From a virus, in the IMG/VR virus record IMGVR_UViG_3300045988_184160, positions 32,001-96,000 of that record: a DNA stretch of 64,000 nucleotides, one strand, 5' to 3'. Positions 19,010 to 28,127 of this stretch are shown here, one piece after another. Each line of letters opens with the position of its first letter. The first letter of the stretch is position 1. The position numbers and the translations under genes were made by a program. The notes below the pieces were generated by a model. The model did no database searches, was not told the origin of the DNA, and saw only the letters and a list, made by a program, of their open reading frames with translations.

Positions 19010-19015
19010 ACAGGC

Positions 19016-22000
19016 ATGAGTGAAAACAACACAAACGAGAACCTGCGGAAACTAGGTGTGAACCTGATCCAGCAGGCGCTACAAGAAGACAAGCTAAAGG
19101 ATCCCAACAACACTGCGCTCTCCCCGAACAATGTGCGTGGCATAGAGTTCCTTGGTGCTGACGGCATCAAAATCGTTGAGCACGTGAGCGGCGGATACTC
19201 AAAATCAATAAGCTCAGCAATGGACGATTTTGACTTGAACGCAACCAACGCACTCACCAAAGAGGACATACGAAGCATCTTCGGTAGCAGGAAATACGGC
19301 AACCTGGAATACGTGCACGTCGCCGACAACATGCAGATCATGGGTGCCACAGGGAAACCAGCTGCAGCAGGTATAGCGGCAGTACTGAAAACCATCACCA
19401 GCAGCAACGGCGCGCCTTGGTACGGGCGGCTCCACCAAATAAACGGTGAAGAAATCCCCGACACCGCAGGGTGGGAGAACCACAAGTCCCTAGAACCTGA
19501 AGCATACGCCTTCGACGCGAAAAGCCAGCTCGGGAAAAAACTCAACATAGAAACCACACCAGCACCCGAAACTGAGACTACCGTACCCGAAGCAGAGAAA
19601 CCAGAACAAGAAAAAACACCCCAAGAACTCGAAGTAGAACAACGAGTCGCAAAGATCAATAAGCATTTCAAAACCCAGATTAATGGGGCGATCAAGTTTC
19701 TTCTTCAAAAATATAAGATGATGTTCGCGTCAGGGTTTGATTTGGTCCAGCCCGCAGGCGTCCCGTTCCCAGATGATACGGGAACGGTCATTCTGCGCAC
19801 TATTAAAGACGGGAAGCTCACCTATGCAGGTGATGATCCTGTTGCAAAAGGATACTTCCGTGAAATAGAGAAACTATATGAGAATATCACTGACGCATCA
19901 GGTATCAAAGTAGCAAAAGCACGTAGTCATCATGAAATCATTAACCTAGCCATTCAAGGGGTAGACGTTGATCCAAACACTAAACTGGGAATCCCAGGTA
20001 GAAACCTTCGTGTCACACTCCCCTACAAAATGCTGGAATATGCATACGGTACACAAGGGGCTATCTCACAAACCCGCACACTGACAGATGAAGAGAGGAT
20101 AAAATACACCCCCTCAAGCATTAATGCTTGGGAAGAATACAGTACCCATGTAATCAGGAAAGACCTAAATACTCTTTTCTCATCCCTAGGTTACACTGCA
20201 CTTGTAAACGAAAAGATGCAGGATGTCTATGATGATAACCGCCGCAGTACAAGGAAAGAAAAAGATAAAGCTAGCAAGATTATTTCCACACATATTGAAA
20301 CCCTGAAATGTATGTTAGCTAGCACAATTATCATCCCAATCTTCCAGCAGATAGACAACGAAACTATCGCTGTTAAAGCACGTGTGCTTGATAACTACAC
20401 GGACTGGTCTAAGATCCGACAAGATCAGATTCGGCGAGCTATAAAAGACACGGATGTTGAGCTTGATAACAGTGACGTGAAATCGTATCCACCTGTGTAC
20501 GATGGGGAGTCTTTTAGTGAGTACCGTATAGACCTGAATACAACGCTTGCTAATGCTGAACCAGTGTTTGCTTATAAGGCTCTGCAGCTGCTCCTCGCGA
20601 AGGGGGAGAAGCTGACGTTTGAGAACGCCCCTTTAGGTGTTGATACAGACGGGAATATTGTCCGAAACGGAACACATTTCAGTTTAAGCACCTACCTTTC
20701 CCATCTTGTGCTTGCAGCTTCCCGTTCAGGTAAAGGCGTGTGGACTTCCAATATTCTTGCTGCCTGCATCATCTCTGGACGCCCAATATTTTACCTAGAT
20801 AATAAACCAGATATTGGTGATAAAGTAGCTGACGCATCAAAAATCAACGGATCGCCAACTGCTTTCGTTGTAAACGGGGGTAATCTAAACCCGCAAAGCC
20901 GTGACTCTGGGACACATTTCTTTGGGAACTGGAATGATGCTAACAGCTGGATTAACACCGATCATATCCCTAGCTATTTAAGAAGCCTCAACATAGATAC
21001 GAGGACTTACAACGGTACTGTGGGAACGCTCGTATATCTCCGTGGCATGCTTCTTTTCCTTGGAATCATTGCTGCCCGTATCGTCTACGGGCAGGGTGAA
21101 GTATATGAGAAGCTTGGCGGTAAAACAGGCATCGTTGGCGTGTTCGATGAGATGGCCATTTTCTCTAAAGAGTTCCTTGCCCTATTGAAAGAACTCGGGA
21201 AGAAATACCCAAACCTCAAATATTGGCAGGCATACCAGCAAGATCCGAACATTGAAGGCACCAAACCCCCAGCTGAGAGCTATTGGTCTTACCTGCTAGT
21301 GAAAGCCATTAGTGAAACAGCGACTAGAATATTCAATCTGAATAACGCGGGTGGACAGAACGGAGAGAATAGGGTCAGTGATATATTCATCATCTCACAG
21401 GACTTTTTTGCCCTATCAGATGGTGGAAATAGTACGCCTGGGGAAAGGGCTGAGATTGCTAGGCGTCCTGGGCAAATTTCCAGCGTCAGCATGAACGCTA
21501 CTGACAAAAAAGGGAACACGGGTGCGTTGATCCCAATTCATCAAGACATTATTTTTAATATGCTAATGGCTCTTGGAGGAGACGCCTACCTTGGTGTGCA
21601 TAATGAGGTGAACCATCTTGGGCACAAGAATCCAAACGGGAAAACTAGTAACTACATTAATACACAAGCTCGATACTTTGGACGAATAGCACCATATCCT
21701 GTTGATGGGGTCAGGGAAACTAGGGCTGCTATCAGCTCAGAGGATCAGAAAATGACGCTCTATAAGCCTGGGCTTCTAGTAGCAGATTCTAGTGTGGAAA
21801 ATGGCGAAGGCTATAACGCGAAATACACTTATTTCTTAGATAACCTCTCTTCCTATGTTAAAGCTGCTGGCGCGGATCTGCCAGATATTATTAGCCGGAA
21901 TGAAGATCCTATTAGGAAAGGTACTTTCCACCGTGCTACTGCATTGAGTGAGTACCTAGAAATGGCGGGTGTCAGCAGGGAAGAAACAGCTAAAAGACTG

Positions 22001-23569
22001 TCAAAATCTGGTAACATCGCCCAGTTTGTTGTTGAAGCCTTAGGTTACAAGGGTACTTGGCGTGATTTCCTCCTAGATTTCCGTCCACAATGGATTTTTA
22101 GTGCGGAAGACATTATAAATGCGCTCGACTCAAACGATGCGATAACCCTACCTGTCTCATACACTGTTGATGGTGCAACCACCAAAGCAGAACTTATTAA
22201 GGAGATCAGGACTCTTCACCCTGACTTTTTTGGTGACGAGAACAGTGGTTTCGGTTCATCTGCTTCTGGTGAGGGGTCTGAGGTAGATGGTGGTATGGTG
22301 TATATCGCTGGTTATGGGATGTCCCAGGATGGTGTGAAAGTTGGGGGTTCCACTAATCCTGTGGGTATTGAGGATACCGAGCTCTCCGAGGACATGGAGG
22401 AGCCCGAAAATAGCAACTACGGCGATAATGATATAGAAGACGTATCATACACCAAACCAGACCATGAACCAGAGGAAGACACGGCAGAAGAACCAGAGGT
22501 TCATGCTGAAACCATACCGGAAGAGCCGATAGTGGAAGATATTGCCGCACCCATCTACGAGAACGCCAAGAACAGCATCAACGCCGATCCTGACGAGTGG
22601 GAAACCGCCAACCAACCCAGCGAGGAATACACGGAGACCGCGCCTCTGGAACCTGTACCCCAGTATTCGGACGGCTCAACAACCGACGAGTACGGGGACA
22701 GGGTTTTTGGTGCATCCACTCGCGCCCCAGAAGGGTATGCTGGCTCTGATACTGATTACCGCGAACGGGCTCAGCAGTCCCAGTCTTTCAAGAATCCGCC
22801 TAAGCACTCTAAAGGGTTTGACCTGCCGCCTATGGGGTTCGACCCGTACAGCATTGAGTCTTTCGACAAAGTGTATGACACGGTTACTGACGCTATTATT
22901 CGTGCCGCACTGGGTAAGAATAGTCAGGGTATTATCGCCTTGTCCATTAAAGATGGGGATGTGATCGTGAACGGGCTCCAAGTGCAGGTGAACACTCAAC
23001 CTGGTGACCTGATGTCGATGCAGGATTCTTTACGGAACCAGCTCACGACTGGGAAAATTGGTGGGCTTATCAACTGGAAGAAGCTCATTACATACATGCG
23101 CTCGGTTGAGGCTTTGGAGTTCTCCGATCTTCCTGATGCTAGGGCGGCTGCTAAAGCAATGCTCAAGGATAAGGATATTTCGGTTGAGCATTTCTTTACC
23201 CGCGTGAGGTCTCTGCAGCTTTTGACGCTGGTTACGAAGACTTACACGAGGCAGGATTATCGGGAGCAGCTTGAGTCTACACCGCAGTTCTATAACCGGA
23301 CCGCTTTTGAGAGGGTTGAGAAGAAGTTCCGGGAGGGTACACTCTTTGGTGCTTCGAAGAGTTTCGCTTATGCGCGTGATCGTTTCAGGCGTAAGGGCGG
23401 AATAAATAAGGTTGTTGGTGTGGGTGCTGGTGCTTTTGGCGCTTTACTGAGGTCTGTTGCTGCGGCTTCTAGGCTGTCGAAAGGGACTGCTAATTTGGGT
23501 GCGCGTATTGCTGTCGCCAATAGGATGGATCGGAGGTCTAGGAGTTATTCTGAGGGGCGTGATATTTAG
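19016..23569 (+). CDS. giant (1517-aa) protein with a central FtsK/SpoIIIE/TraB- or T4CP-like P-loop NTPase module
   Basis: PLGVDTDGNIV...SHLVLAASRSGKGVWTSNIL (Walker A at nt 20726-20740). GIVGVFDEMAIF (Walker B at nt 21139-21150). Acidic low-complexity region at aa ~1100-1250. Hydrophobic VVGVGAGAFGALLRSVAAA near the C-terminus. Confidence 0.6.
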   Translation: MSENNTNENLRKLGVNLIQQALQEDKLKDPNNTALSPNNVRGIEFLGADGIKIVEHVSGGYSKSISSAMDDFDLNATNALTKEDIRSIFGSRKYGNLEYVHVADNMQIMGATGKPAAAGIAAVLKTITSSNGAPWYGRLHQINGEEIPDTAGWENHKSLEPEAYAFDAKSQLGKKLNIETTPAPETETTVPEAEKPEQEKTPQELEVEQRVAKINKHFKTQINGAIKFLLQKYKMMFASGFDLVQPAGVPFPDDTGTVILRTIKDGKLTYAGDDPVAKGYFREIEKLYENITDASGIKVAKARSHHEIINLAIQGVDVDPNTKLGIPGRNLRVTLPYKMLEYAYGTQGAISQTRTLTDEERIKYTPSSINAWEEYSTHVIRKDLNTLFSSLGYTALVNEKMQDVYDDNRRSTRKEKDKASKIISTHIETLKCMLASTIIIPIFQQIDNETIAVKARVLDNYTDWSKIRQDQIRRAIKDTDVELDNSDVKSYPPVYDGESFSEYRIDLNTTLANAEPVFAYKALQLLLAKGEKLTFENAPLGVDTDGNIVRNGTHFSLSTYLSHLVLAASRSGKGVWTSNILAACIISGRPIFYLDNKPDIGDKVADASKINGSPTAFVVNGGNLNPQSRDSGTHFFGNWNDANSWINTDHIPSYLRSLNIDTRTYNGTVGTLVYLRGMLLFLGIIAARIVYGQGEVYEKLGGKTGIVGVFDEMAIFSKEFLALLKELGKKYPNLKYWQAYQQDPNIEGTKPPAESYWSYLLVKAISETATRIFNLNNAGGQNGENRVSDIFIISQDFFALSDGGNSTPGERAEIARRPGQISSVSMNATDKKGNTGALIPIHQDIIFNMLMALGGDAYLGVHNEVNHLGHKNPNGKTSNYINTQARYFGRIAPYPVDGVRETRAAISSEDQKMTLYKPGLLVADSSVENGEGYNAKYTYFLDNLSSYVKAAGADLPDIISRNEDPIRKGTFHRATALSEYLEMAGVSREETAKRLSKSGNIAQFVVEALGYKGTWRDFLLDFRPQWIFSAEDIINALDSNDAITLPVSYTVDGATTKAELIKEIRTLHPDFFGDENSGFGSSASGEGSEVDGGMVYIAGYGMSQDGVKVGGSTNPVGIEDTELSEDMEEPENSNYGDNDIEDVSYTKPDHEPEEDTAEEPEVHAETIPEEPIVEDIAAPIYENAKNSINADPDEWETANQPSEEYTETAPLEPVPQYSDGSTTDEYGDRVFGASTRAPEGYAGSDTDYRERAQQSQSFKNPPKHSKGFDLPPMGFDPYSIESFDKVYDTVTDAIIRAALGKNSQGIIALSIKDGDVIVNGLQVQVNTQPGDLMSMQDSLRNQLTTGKIGGLINWKKLITYMRSVEALEFSDLPDARAAAKAMLKDKDISVEHFFTRVRSLQLLTLVTKTYTRQDYREQLESTPQFYNRTAFERVEKKFREGTLFGASKSFAYARDRFRRKGGINKVVGVGAGAFGALLRSVAAASRLSKGTANLGARIAVANRMDRRSRSYSEGRDI

Positions 23570-23589
23570 GCTTCTTGGCTTTTTTGGAT

Positions 23590-23621
23590 GGGGTTTACCT
23601 ATTTGGTAGGCCCCATTTTTT
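23590..23621 (+). terminator. rho-independent terminator
   Basis: 10-bp stem GGGGTTTACC / GGTAGGCCCC (two G-U pairs), 5-nt loop, then ATTTTTT. Confidence 0.6.
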
Positions 23622-23630
23622 ATGCTGCCT

Positions 23631-23690
23631 GGTTTTTTGGTGGGGTTTTGGGTGTGGTGTTTTTGTTTTATGGGTGTGGTGGGGTTTGTT
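23631..23690 (+). repeat. 60-nt tract composed almost entirely of G and T
   Basis: 59 of 60 positions are G or T; the one exception is the A at 23670. Intergenic, directly after the terminator. Confidence 0.95.
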
Positions 23691-23869
23691 ACCCAATATA
23701 ACTGTCCCCCTAAGTTGGGGGTAACATTATGATACTACTACTTTGTTTTAGTGTTCCTGGGACGCCCCACAACCGCACGAACACGGTGCCCAGCCAAAAA
23801 AGAACAATAAACACGCCCCACCCAGTAAAATATAAACTATATAACACACCAAAAAAGGGGGACACGAAA

Positions 23870-24622
23870 ATGGAAGAAAAAAACGAAAAAAAACAAACCT
23901 ACACCATACTCAAAATACGGGAACTAATCACCCAAATACCCCACACCCCCAACAACCAGAACACCCTAAAACGCCTCGAAACCATCCAACAATTCATCCT
24001 TAATAACACCATAAAAGGATCCCTATCCTCAGCAGATGAAGTAGCAAAAACCCTATTCCAAAACCCAGAAACACCCATCACAGAAATACTGCTCAGCAAC
24101 AAAACCACCCTCACCAGAGACAACTTTTACAAGGCAATCGGTAGGTATGACAAGCATTTCATCCGCGCCGCAGGCGGAAACTTTATCGAAAGCTTCATCT
24201 CCGCACACCAAAAATCAGTACAAGGAGACCCCGAAGCTTTCAAAAACATCGACAGGGTAATAAGCTCACTACCCCAAATGTTTAGGCCCGACAAAGAAGA
24301 CTTCGCACCAGAATCACTGAAACACCTGTTTTACGAGGTTCCCACCAACCCCAATCTGACACTGGAAGACTGTGTGCCGGAGCTTCTTTTCTTTGCCAAG
24401 CACAGCAAAATGATGCTAACCGCTGTCGCAGAGGGCCTAAATCAGGAGAAAATGATGTATATTTACCGGCTACTGCGCGGGGTAAATGTGCCTGAAAAGA
24501 GAACTACCACTGGTGAACGCCTTGAATTTAGTGATGAAGAGGTGGGTACGGCGCGTAGAATCATTAGTCGTTACGCAGAGAATAACGCGGATAAGGAGAT
24601 TGAGGAACTTAATGGACGCTAA
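23870..24622 (+). CDS. hypothetical protein (250 aa)
   Basis: Start trimmed to the ATG at 23870, with an AAGGGGGA RBS 8 nt upstream. The 5' third is extremely A+C-rich. Confidence 0.55.
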   Translation: MEEKNEKKQTYTILKIRELITQIPHTPNNQNTLKRLETIQQFILNNTIKGSLSSADEVAKTLFQNPETPITEILLSNKTTLTRDNFYKAIGRYDKHFIRAAGGNFIESFISAHQKSVQGDPEAFKNIDRVISSLPQMFRPDKEDFAPESLKHLFYEVPTNPNLTLEDCVPELLFFAKHSKMMLTAVAEGLNQEKMMYIYRLLRGVNVPEKRTTTGERLEFSDEEVGTARRIISRYAENNADKEIEELNGR

Positions 24623-25703
24623 ACGATATATTGACGCGGGGGATATTACGCTAGAGAGCGATAAAGATTACCTTTTCTGGTGCACAGTTAAAGCTTATTT
24701 AGGTACGAAATCGGTTGATTTTTTCAGTAAAAATAATGGGCTTGATAATGCACCAAATAGTGTGATTCTTGAGGTGAGCCAAGAAGTTTCTGACCCTAAC
24801 ATTATTTTTCTTTTAGAAGACGCACCCAATAATTACTTACCACACCTTTATCTAAGTGAAATACAGGACAGGAACCGTGCGGGGGAGGATATTCCGGTAG
24901 GTTTCTCTGATTACCTCTTCCAGGAATACACCTCCACCTACAGGTGGCTAATGGCGCGGGCGGCAGGTAATCACCTACTAGGCGACGATTCTGCCTATAA
25001 CCTGAAAATTATTCTCGACGAAGATAAGGATGTTGCACAGATTCTAAGGATGTACCTTATTTCTGGCGCAAAGAATCTGCATATTAACCTTGAAGATGAC
25101 AGCTCCGCGAATATTGCTTTGCACCTACTTATGGCTGGCGAGTTCACTAAAGGCGACTGGGTTTCACCTGCCCAGAAGAAGGAATATATGAAGGAAAACC
25201 TGCGGGTTCCTGGGTTTTATCAGGTGGTTGAGCGGCATTCTAGGGACGGTGAGCTGCTGTCCAAGCCTTTGTCACGGCTTCTGGTTTATGTTGATTCCCT
25301 TGAGAACACTGGGTTTTCGGGGCTGGTTATTGATGAGCCGTTTAGTTTAGCTGAGCGTCGCCGCATGTTTAGCAAGGCTGACTCTGATGTTCAGCATCTT
25401 TATAGGGGTCTTCTTGAGCCGTCGGATACCTATCGTAGGGTGTCGTTTTCTTTTGTGGACACTGGGGTTTTGGGGTGCATGAATGTGCTTGAGGATCGTT
25501 ATATGTTGAGTAGATTGGAGGGTTCTGCTGAGCGTAGGGTGTCTTGTGTGGGTGCTGATGGGGGGCTTGTTGAAGTAGTGGATAGTTTTTCTGCTTCTGA
25601 GTTTGTGTATTGGTGCTTGAGGGAGCGGGATTCTTCGTTGGATTTGTCGTCTTTGAGTTCTTCGGCGTGGGATCGACTGAATGGTGGCATTATTAAGGGG
25701 TAA
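24612..25703 (+). CDS. hypothetical protein (363 aa)
   Basis: Start trimmed to the ATG at 24612, which overlaps the upstream stop by 11 nt. The 3' third is G+T-rich. Confidence 0.55.
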   Translation: MDAKRYIDAGDITLESDKDYLFWCTVKAYLGTKSVDFFSKNNGLDNAPNSVILEVSQEVSDPNIIFLLEDAPNNYLPHLYLSEIQDRNRAGEDIPVGFSDYLFQEYTSTYRWLMARAAGNHLLGDDSAYNLKIILDEDKDVAQILRMYLISGAKNLHINLEDDSSANIALHLLMAGEFTKGDWVSPAQKKEYMKENLRVPGFYQVVERHSRDGELLSKPLSRLLVYVDSLENTGFSGLVIDEPFSLAERRRMFSKADSDVQHLYRGLLEPSDTYRRVSFSFVDTGVLGCMNVLEDRYMLSRLEGSAERRVSCVGADGGLVEVVDSFSASEFVYWCLRERDSSLDLSSLSSSAWDRLNGGIIKG

Positions 25704-25969
25704 TGATGTCATTACTGGGGCACATGATTGCATAATCCTAGCTAGGTGACTGCATTTTCAGGAATAATGGTGGCATATTCACATGGTATGCCACCATTTT
25801 TATAGGTTGATGATGTCATTACCAACTTCCTTGATGTCATATTTGGATAGCATGATGTCATTTTTTACTATCAACACCATCACTCTAGGCACCTCTTGAT
25901 GTCACAATAACAGCCCATGATGTCATAATAAGCGGGTGATGGTATCATTTTAGAGTCCAATGATGTCAT
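25704..25969 (+). promoter_or_regulatory. array of eight TGATGTCAT boxes (iteron/operator/centromere-like)
   Basis: Exact TGATGTCAT at 25704, 25811, 25832, 25853, 25918 and 25961. TGATGTCAC at 25897. Variant TGATGGTATCAT at 25937. Spacings are 21, 21, 44, 21, 19 and 24 bp. The array ends 22 nt before the helicase ATG. Confidence 0.8.
25766..25803 (+). terminator. rho-independent terminator
   Basis: Perfect 12-bp stem AATGGTGGCATA (25766-25777) / TATGCCACCATT (25787-25798), 9-nt loop, then TTTAT. Confidence 0.7.
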
Positions 25970-25991
25970 TTTAGAGCTAGAGAAGGGCAAA

Positions 25992-28079
25992 ATGACCCAC
26001 CAGAACACCACTGCACCGCAATCCGCACTGCTCGCGTTAGGTCAATACCGCCCAAAAAACCAAGAAAACGAAATATTCGAAACACTAAAACGTGAAGGAT
26101 ACGACCTCACCGAACTACAACCAGCCGTCGAACAAGACGGAAACAAACTCGTCATCACCTGCGCAGGCTCCGGTAAAACCACAATGCTCTGCATCAACAT
26201 CCTCAACGACCTCAAAAACGGCGAATACCAAACCCAAGCAACCACCAAAAACGGGATACCCATCACCCAAACAACCAAAGTATGGGTAGGAACCTTCTCA
26301 GCATCAGGCGCAAAATCACTCAAAAACTCCCTCAACAACTACGCCCGCATGCTAGACATCAACAACAGCAGAGACAACATCACCATCTCAACCCTGCACG
26401 CAGAATTTAAAAAAGTCATCGAAGAAGCAGGAGACCAGCTCCTCGGACGAGAAGGCACCAGCCTTAACATGATCGACGACCAAACCAACGAAAAAATCCT
26501 AAAGAAAGTCCTCACCAAAAAACACGAAATACACCTACAACAAGAAGACTTCAAAAAACTCTACACCGCCCTCATGTACACGCGGGCATCCCTTAAACCC
26601 GACAAAAAATACTCCCACGAAGGGTACAGGGTACTCAAAGACAAAGAAACCCCTGAAACAATCGAAGCGATCCTGGACAACTGGGCGCAAGCAAGAGAAC
26701 ACTGGAACGACGTGGGCGGGTACGACTTTGAGGACTTGCAGGACATCCTCTACGTGCGGCTTGCATACCCCGAGAGTTTCCCAGAATACGACTGGCAGAA
26801 AGCAATCAGTGGACGCTACACCCGCATCTTCATGGACGAATTTCAGGACACCAGTGACAAGCAGCTGTACATTTTGAAGCACTACGCAACCGACCCTGGG
26901 TTCAAGAAAATCGTTGCTGTGGGTGACGACGACCAGATGATTTACTCTTGGCGTGGCTCCTCCACAACGGTTATCACCAAGGACTTCAAAGAGCATTTCA
27001 ACCCCACCGTGGTTGCGCTCTCCAAAAACCGCAGGTGCGCTCGCGGTGTCCTCATGCCCGTTATCCCCTCAATCGAGAGGAACACGGATCGGTACGAGAA
27101 ACTGATTACCAGTGATATTGAGGGCGGCAGGACAGAGCTCGCAGGGTACAGCTCATTCGACGCTATGGGGCAAGACCTGATCCGCCGAGCCCAAGCAGAT
27201 GTGAGGGTTGGGCGTAGCGTCGCTGTGCTCTGCAGGGATAACCGGAGCGGTATCATACCAGCCTTGTTTTTCCAGTCTGCTATCAGTAGCAAAGGTACGG
27301 GCGTGAATTTCAGGATTTCTGGTTTCGGCATGTCCCTCGCATCTAGGACGGGTAAGGACGCGATATCTGTTTTGTCACTTATCGACCAGACGGGGGAAGA
27401 GCTGTACCGCCCATTGTCGAACCTTGTTGGTGGTTACATGCGTTCCCCTGAGGTGGGTGCGGTGGTTGATCGGTGCCGTGAGACTGGGCAGACTGTTTGG
27501 GAGCTCATGGATTCTGAGCCTGCGGGGTTCAAGTACACTGCTCTTAAACTGTACGGCAAGCTCCTGCCTTTACGGGAAGCTAAAGAGAAAAGCTCTTCTG
27601 ACACTGATTTTGCGCTCGCTATCTGTGACTATTTCATGCACGACATTTGGGGTAGCGCCACCAGTGACAAGCAGTTGCAGCTGCAGGCTTTATGCCAGGC
27701 TTTGAAGTCTCTTATCGCGGCTTCGGGTAGCTACCGTGAGGCGGTTAAAACATTGTATGGGCTTGGGTCTGATATTCGTGAGAGGGTGGATAACCTTGGT
27801 GCCCCGATTAGTGTAGCTACTGTCCATGATTTCAAGGGTAAGGAAGCAGATTCGGTTTATTTGTGGGATGATACGCTGGGTGTTTTCCCGAAGGATGATG
27901 CTTTGGAGCTTGAAGAAGAGAGGCGTCTGCACTATATTGCGTGCACCCGTGCTAGGGATAATCTGGTGATTATGTACCGTGACGGTGAGGGTTTCGGGCC
28001 TGGGCGTTTTGTGCGTGAGATGGATTTATCTCTCATGGAGCGGCGTGACCGTGACGTTAGTGGTTTAACGTTGCTCTAG
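25992..28079 (+). CDS. UvrD/Rep/PcrA-like superfamily 1 DNA helicase
   Basis: 695 aa. Ordered SF1 motifs ITCAGSGKTT (I), FMDEFQDTS (II), VGDDDQMIYSWRGS (III), LSKNRRC (IV), TVHDFKGKEADSVYL (V), RRLHYIACTRARDNLVI (VI). Confidence 0.85.
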   Translation: MTHQNTTAPQSALLALGQYRPKNQENEIFETLKREGYDLTELQPAVEQDGNKLVITCAGSGKTTMLCINILNDLKNGEYQTQATTKNGIPITQTTKVWVGTFSASGAKSLKNSLNNYARMLDINNSRDNITISTLHAEFKKVIEEAGDQLLGREGTSLNMIDDQTNEKILKKVLTKKHEIHLQQEDFKKLYTALMYTRASLKPDKKYSHEGYRVLKDKETPETIEAILDNWAQAREHWNDVGGYDFEDLQDILYVRLAYPESFPEYDWQKAISGRYTRIFMDEFQDTSDKQLYILKHYATDPGFKKIVAVGDDDQMIYSWRGSSTTVITKDFKEHFNPTVVALSKNRRCARGVLMPVIPSIERNTDRYEKLITSDIEGGRTELAGYSSFDAMGQDLIRRAQADVRVGRSVAVLCRDNRSGIIPALFFQSAISSKGTGVNFRISGFGMSLASRTGKDAISVLSLIDQTGEELYRPLSNLVGGYMRSPEVGAVVDRCRETGQTVWELMDSEPAGFKYTALKLYGKLLPLREAKEKSSSDTDFALAICDYFMHDIWGSATSDKQLQLQALCQALKSLIAASGSYREAVKTLYGLGSDIRERVDNLGAPISVATVHDFKGKEADSVYLWDDTLGVFPKDDALELEEERRLHYIACTRARDNLVIMYRDGEGFGPGRFVREMDLSLMERRDRDVSGLTLL

Positions 28080-28127
28080 CTATACTTTTTTCTACTAGCA
28101 GTATTTTTGTTGAGAATTTAAGGACTG

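Noticed and set aside
23631-23690. G-quadruplex in the G/T-only tract
   Set aside because: There are four G-runs of three or more (GGGG, GGG, GGG, GGGG), but one connecting loop is about 23 nt, far from canonical G4 geometry. I cannot support a G4 call from sequence alone.
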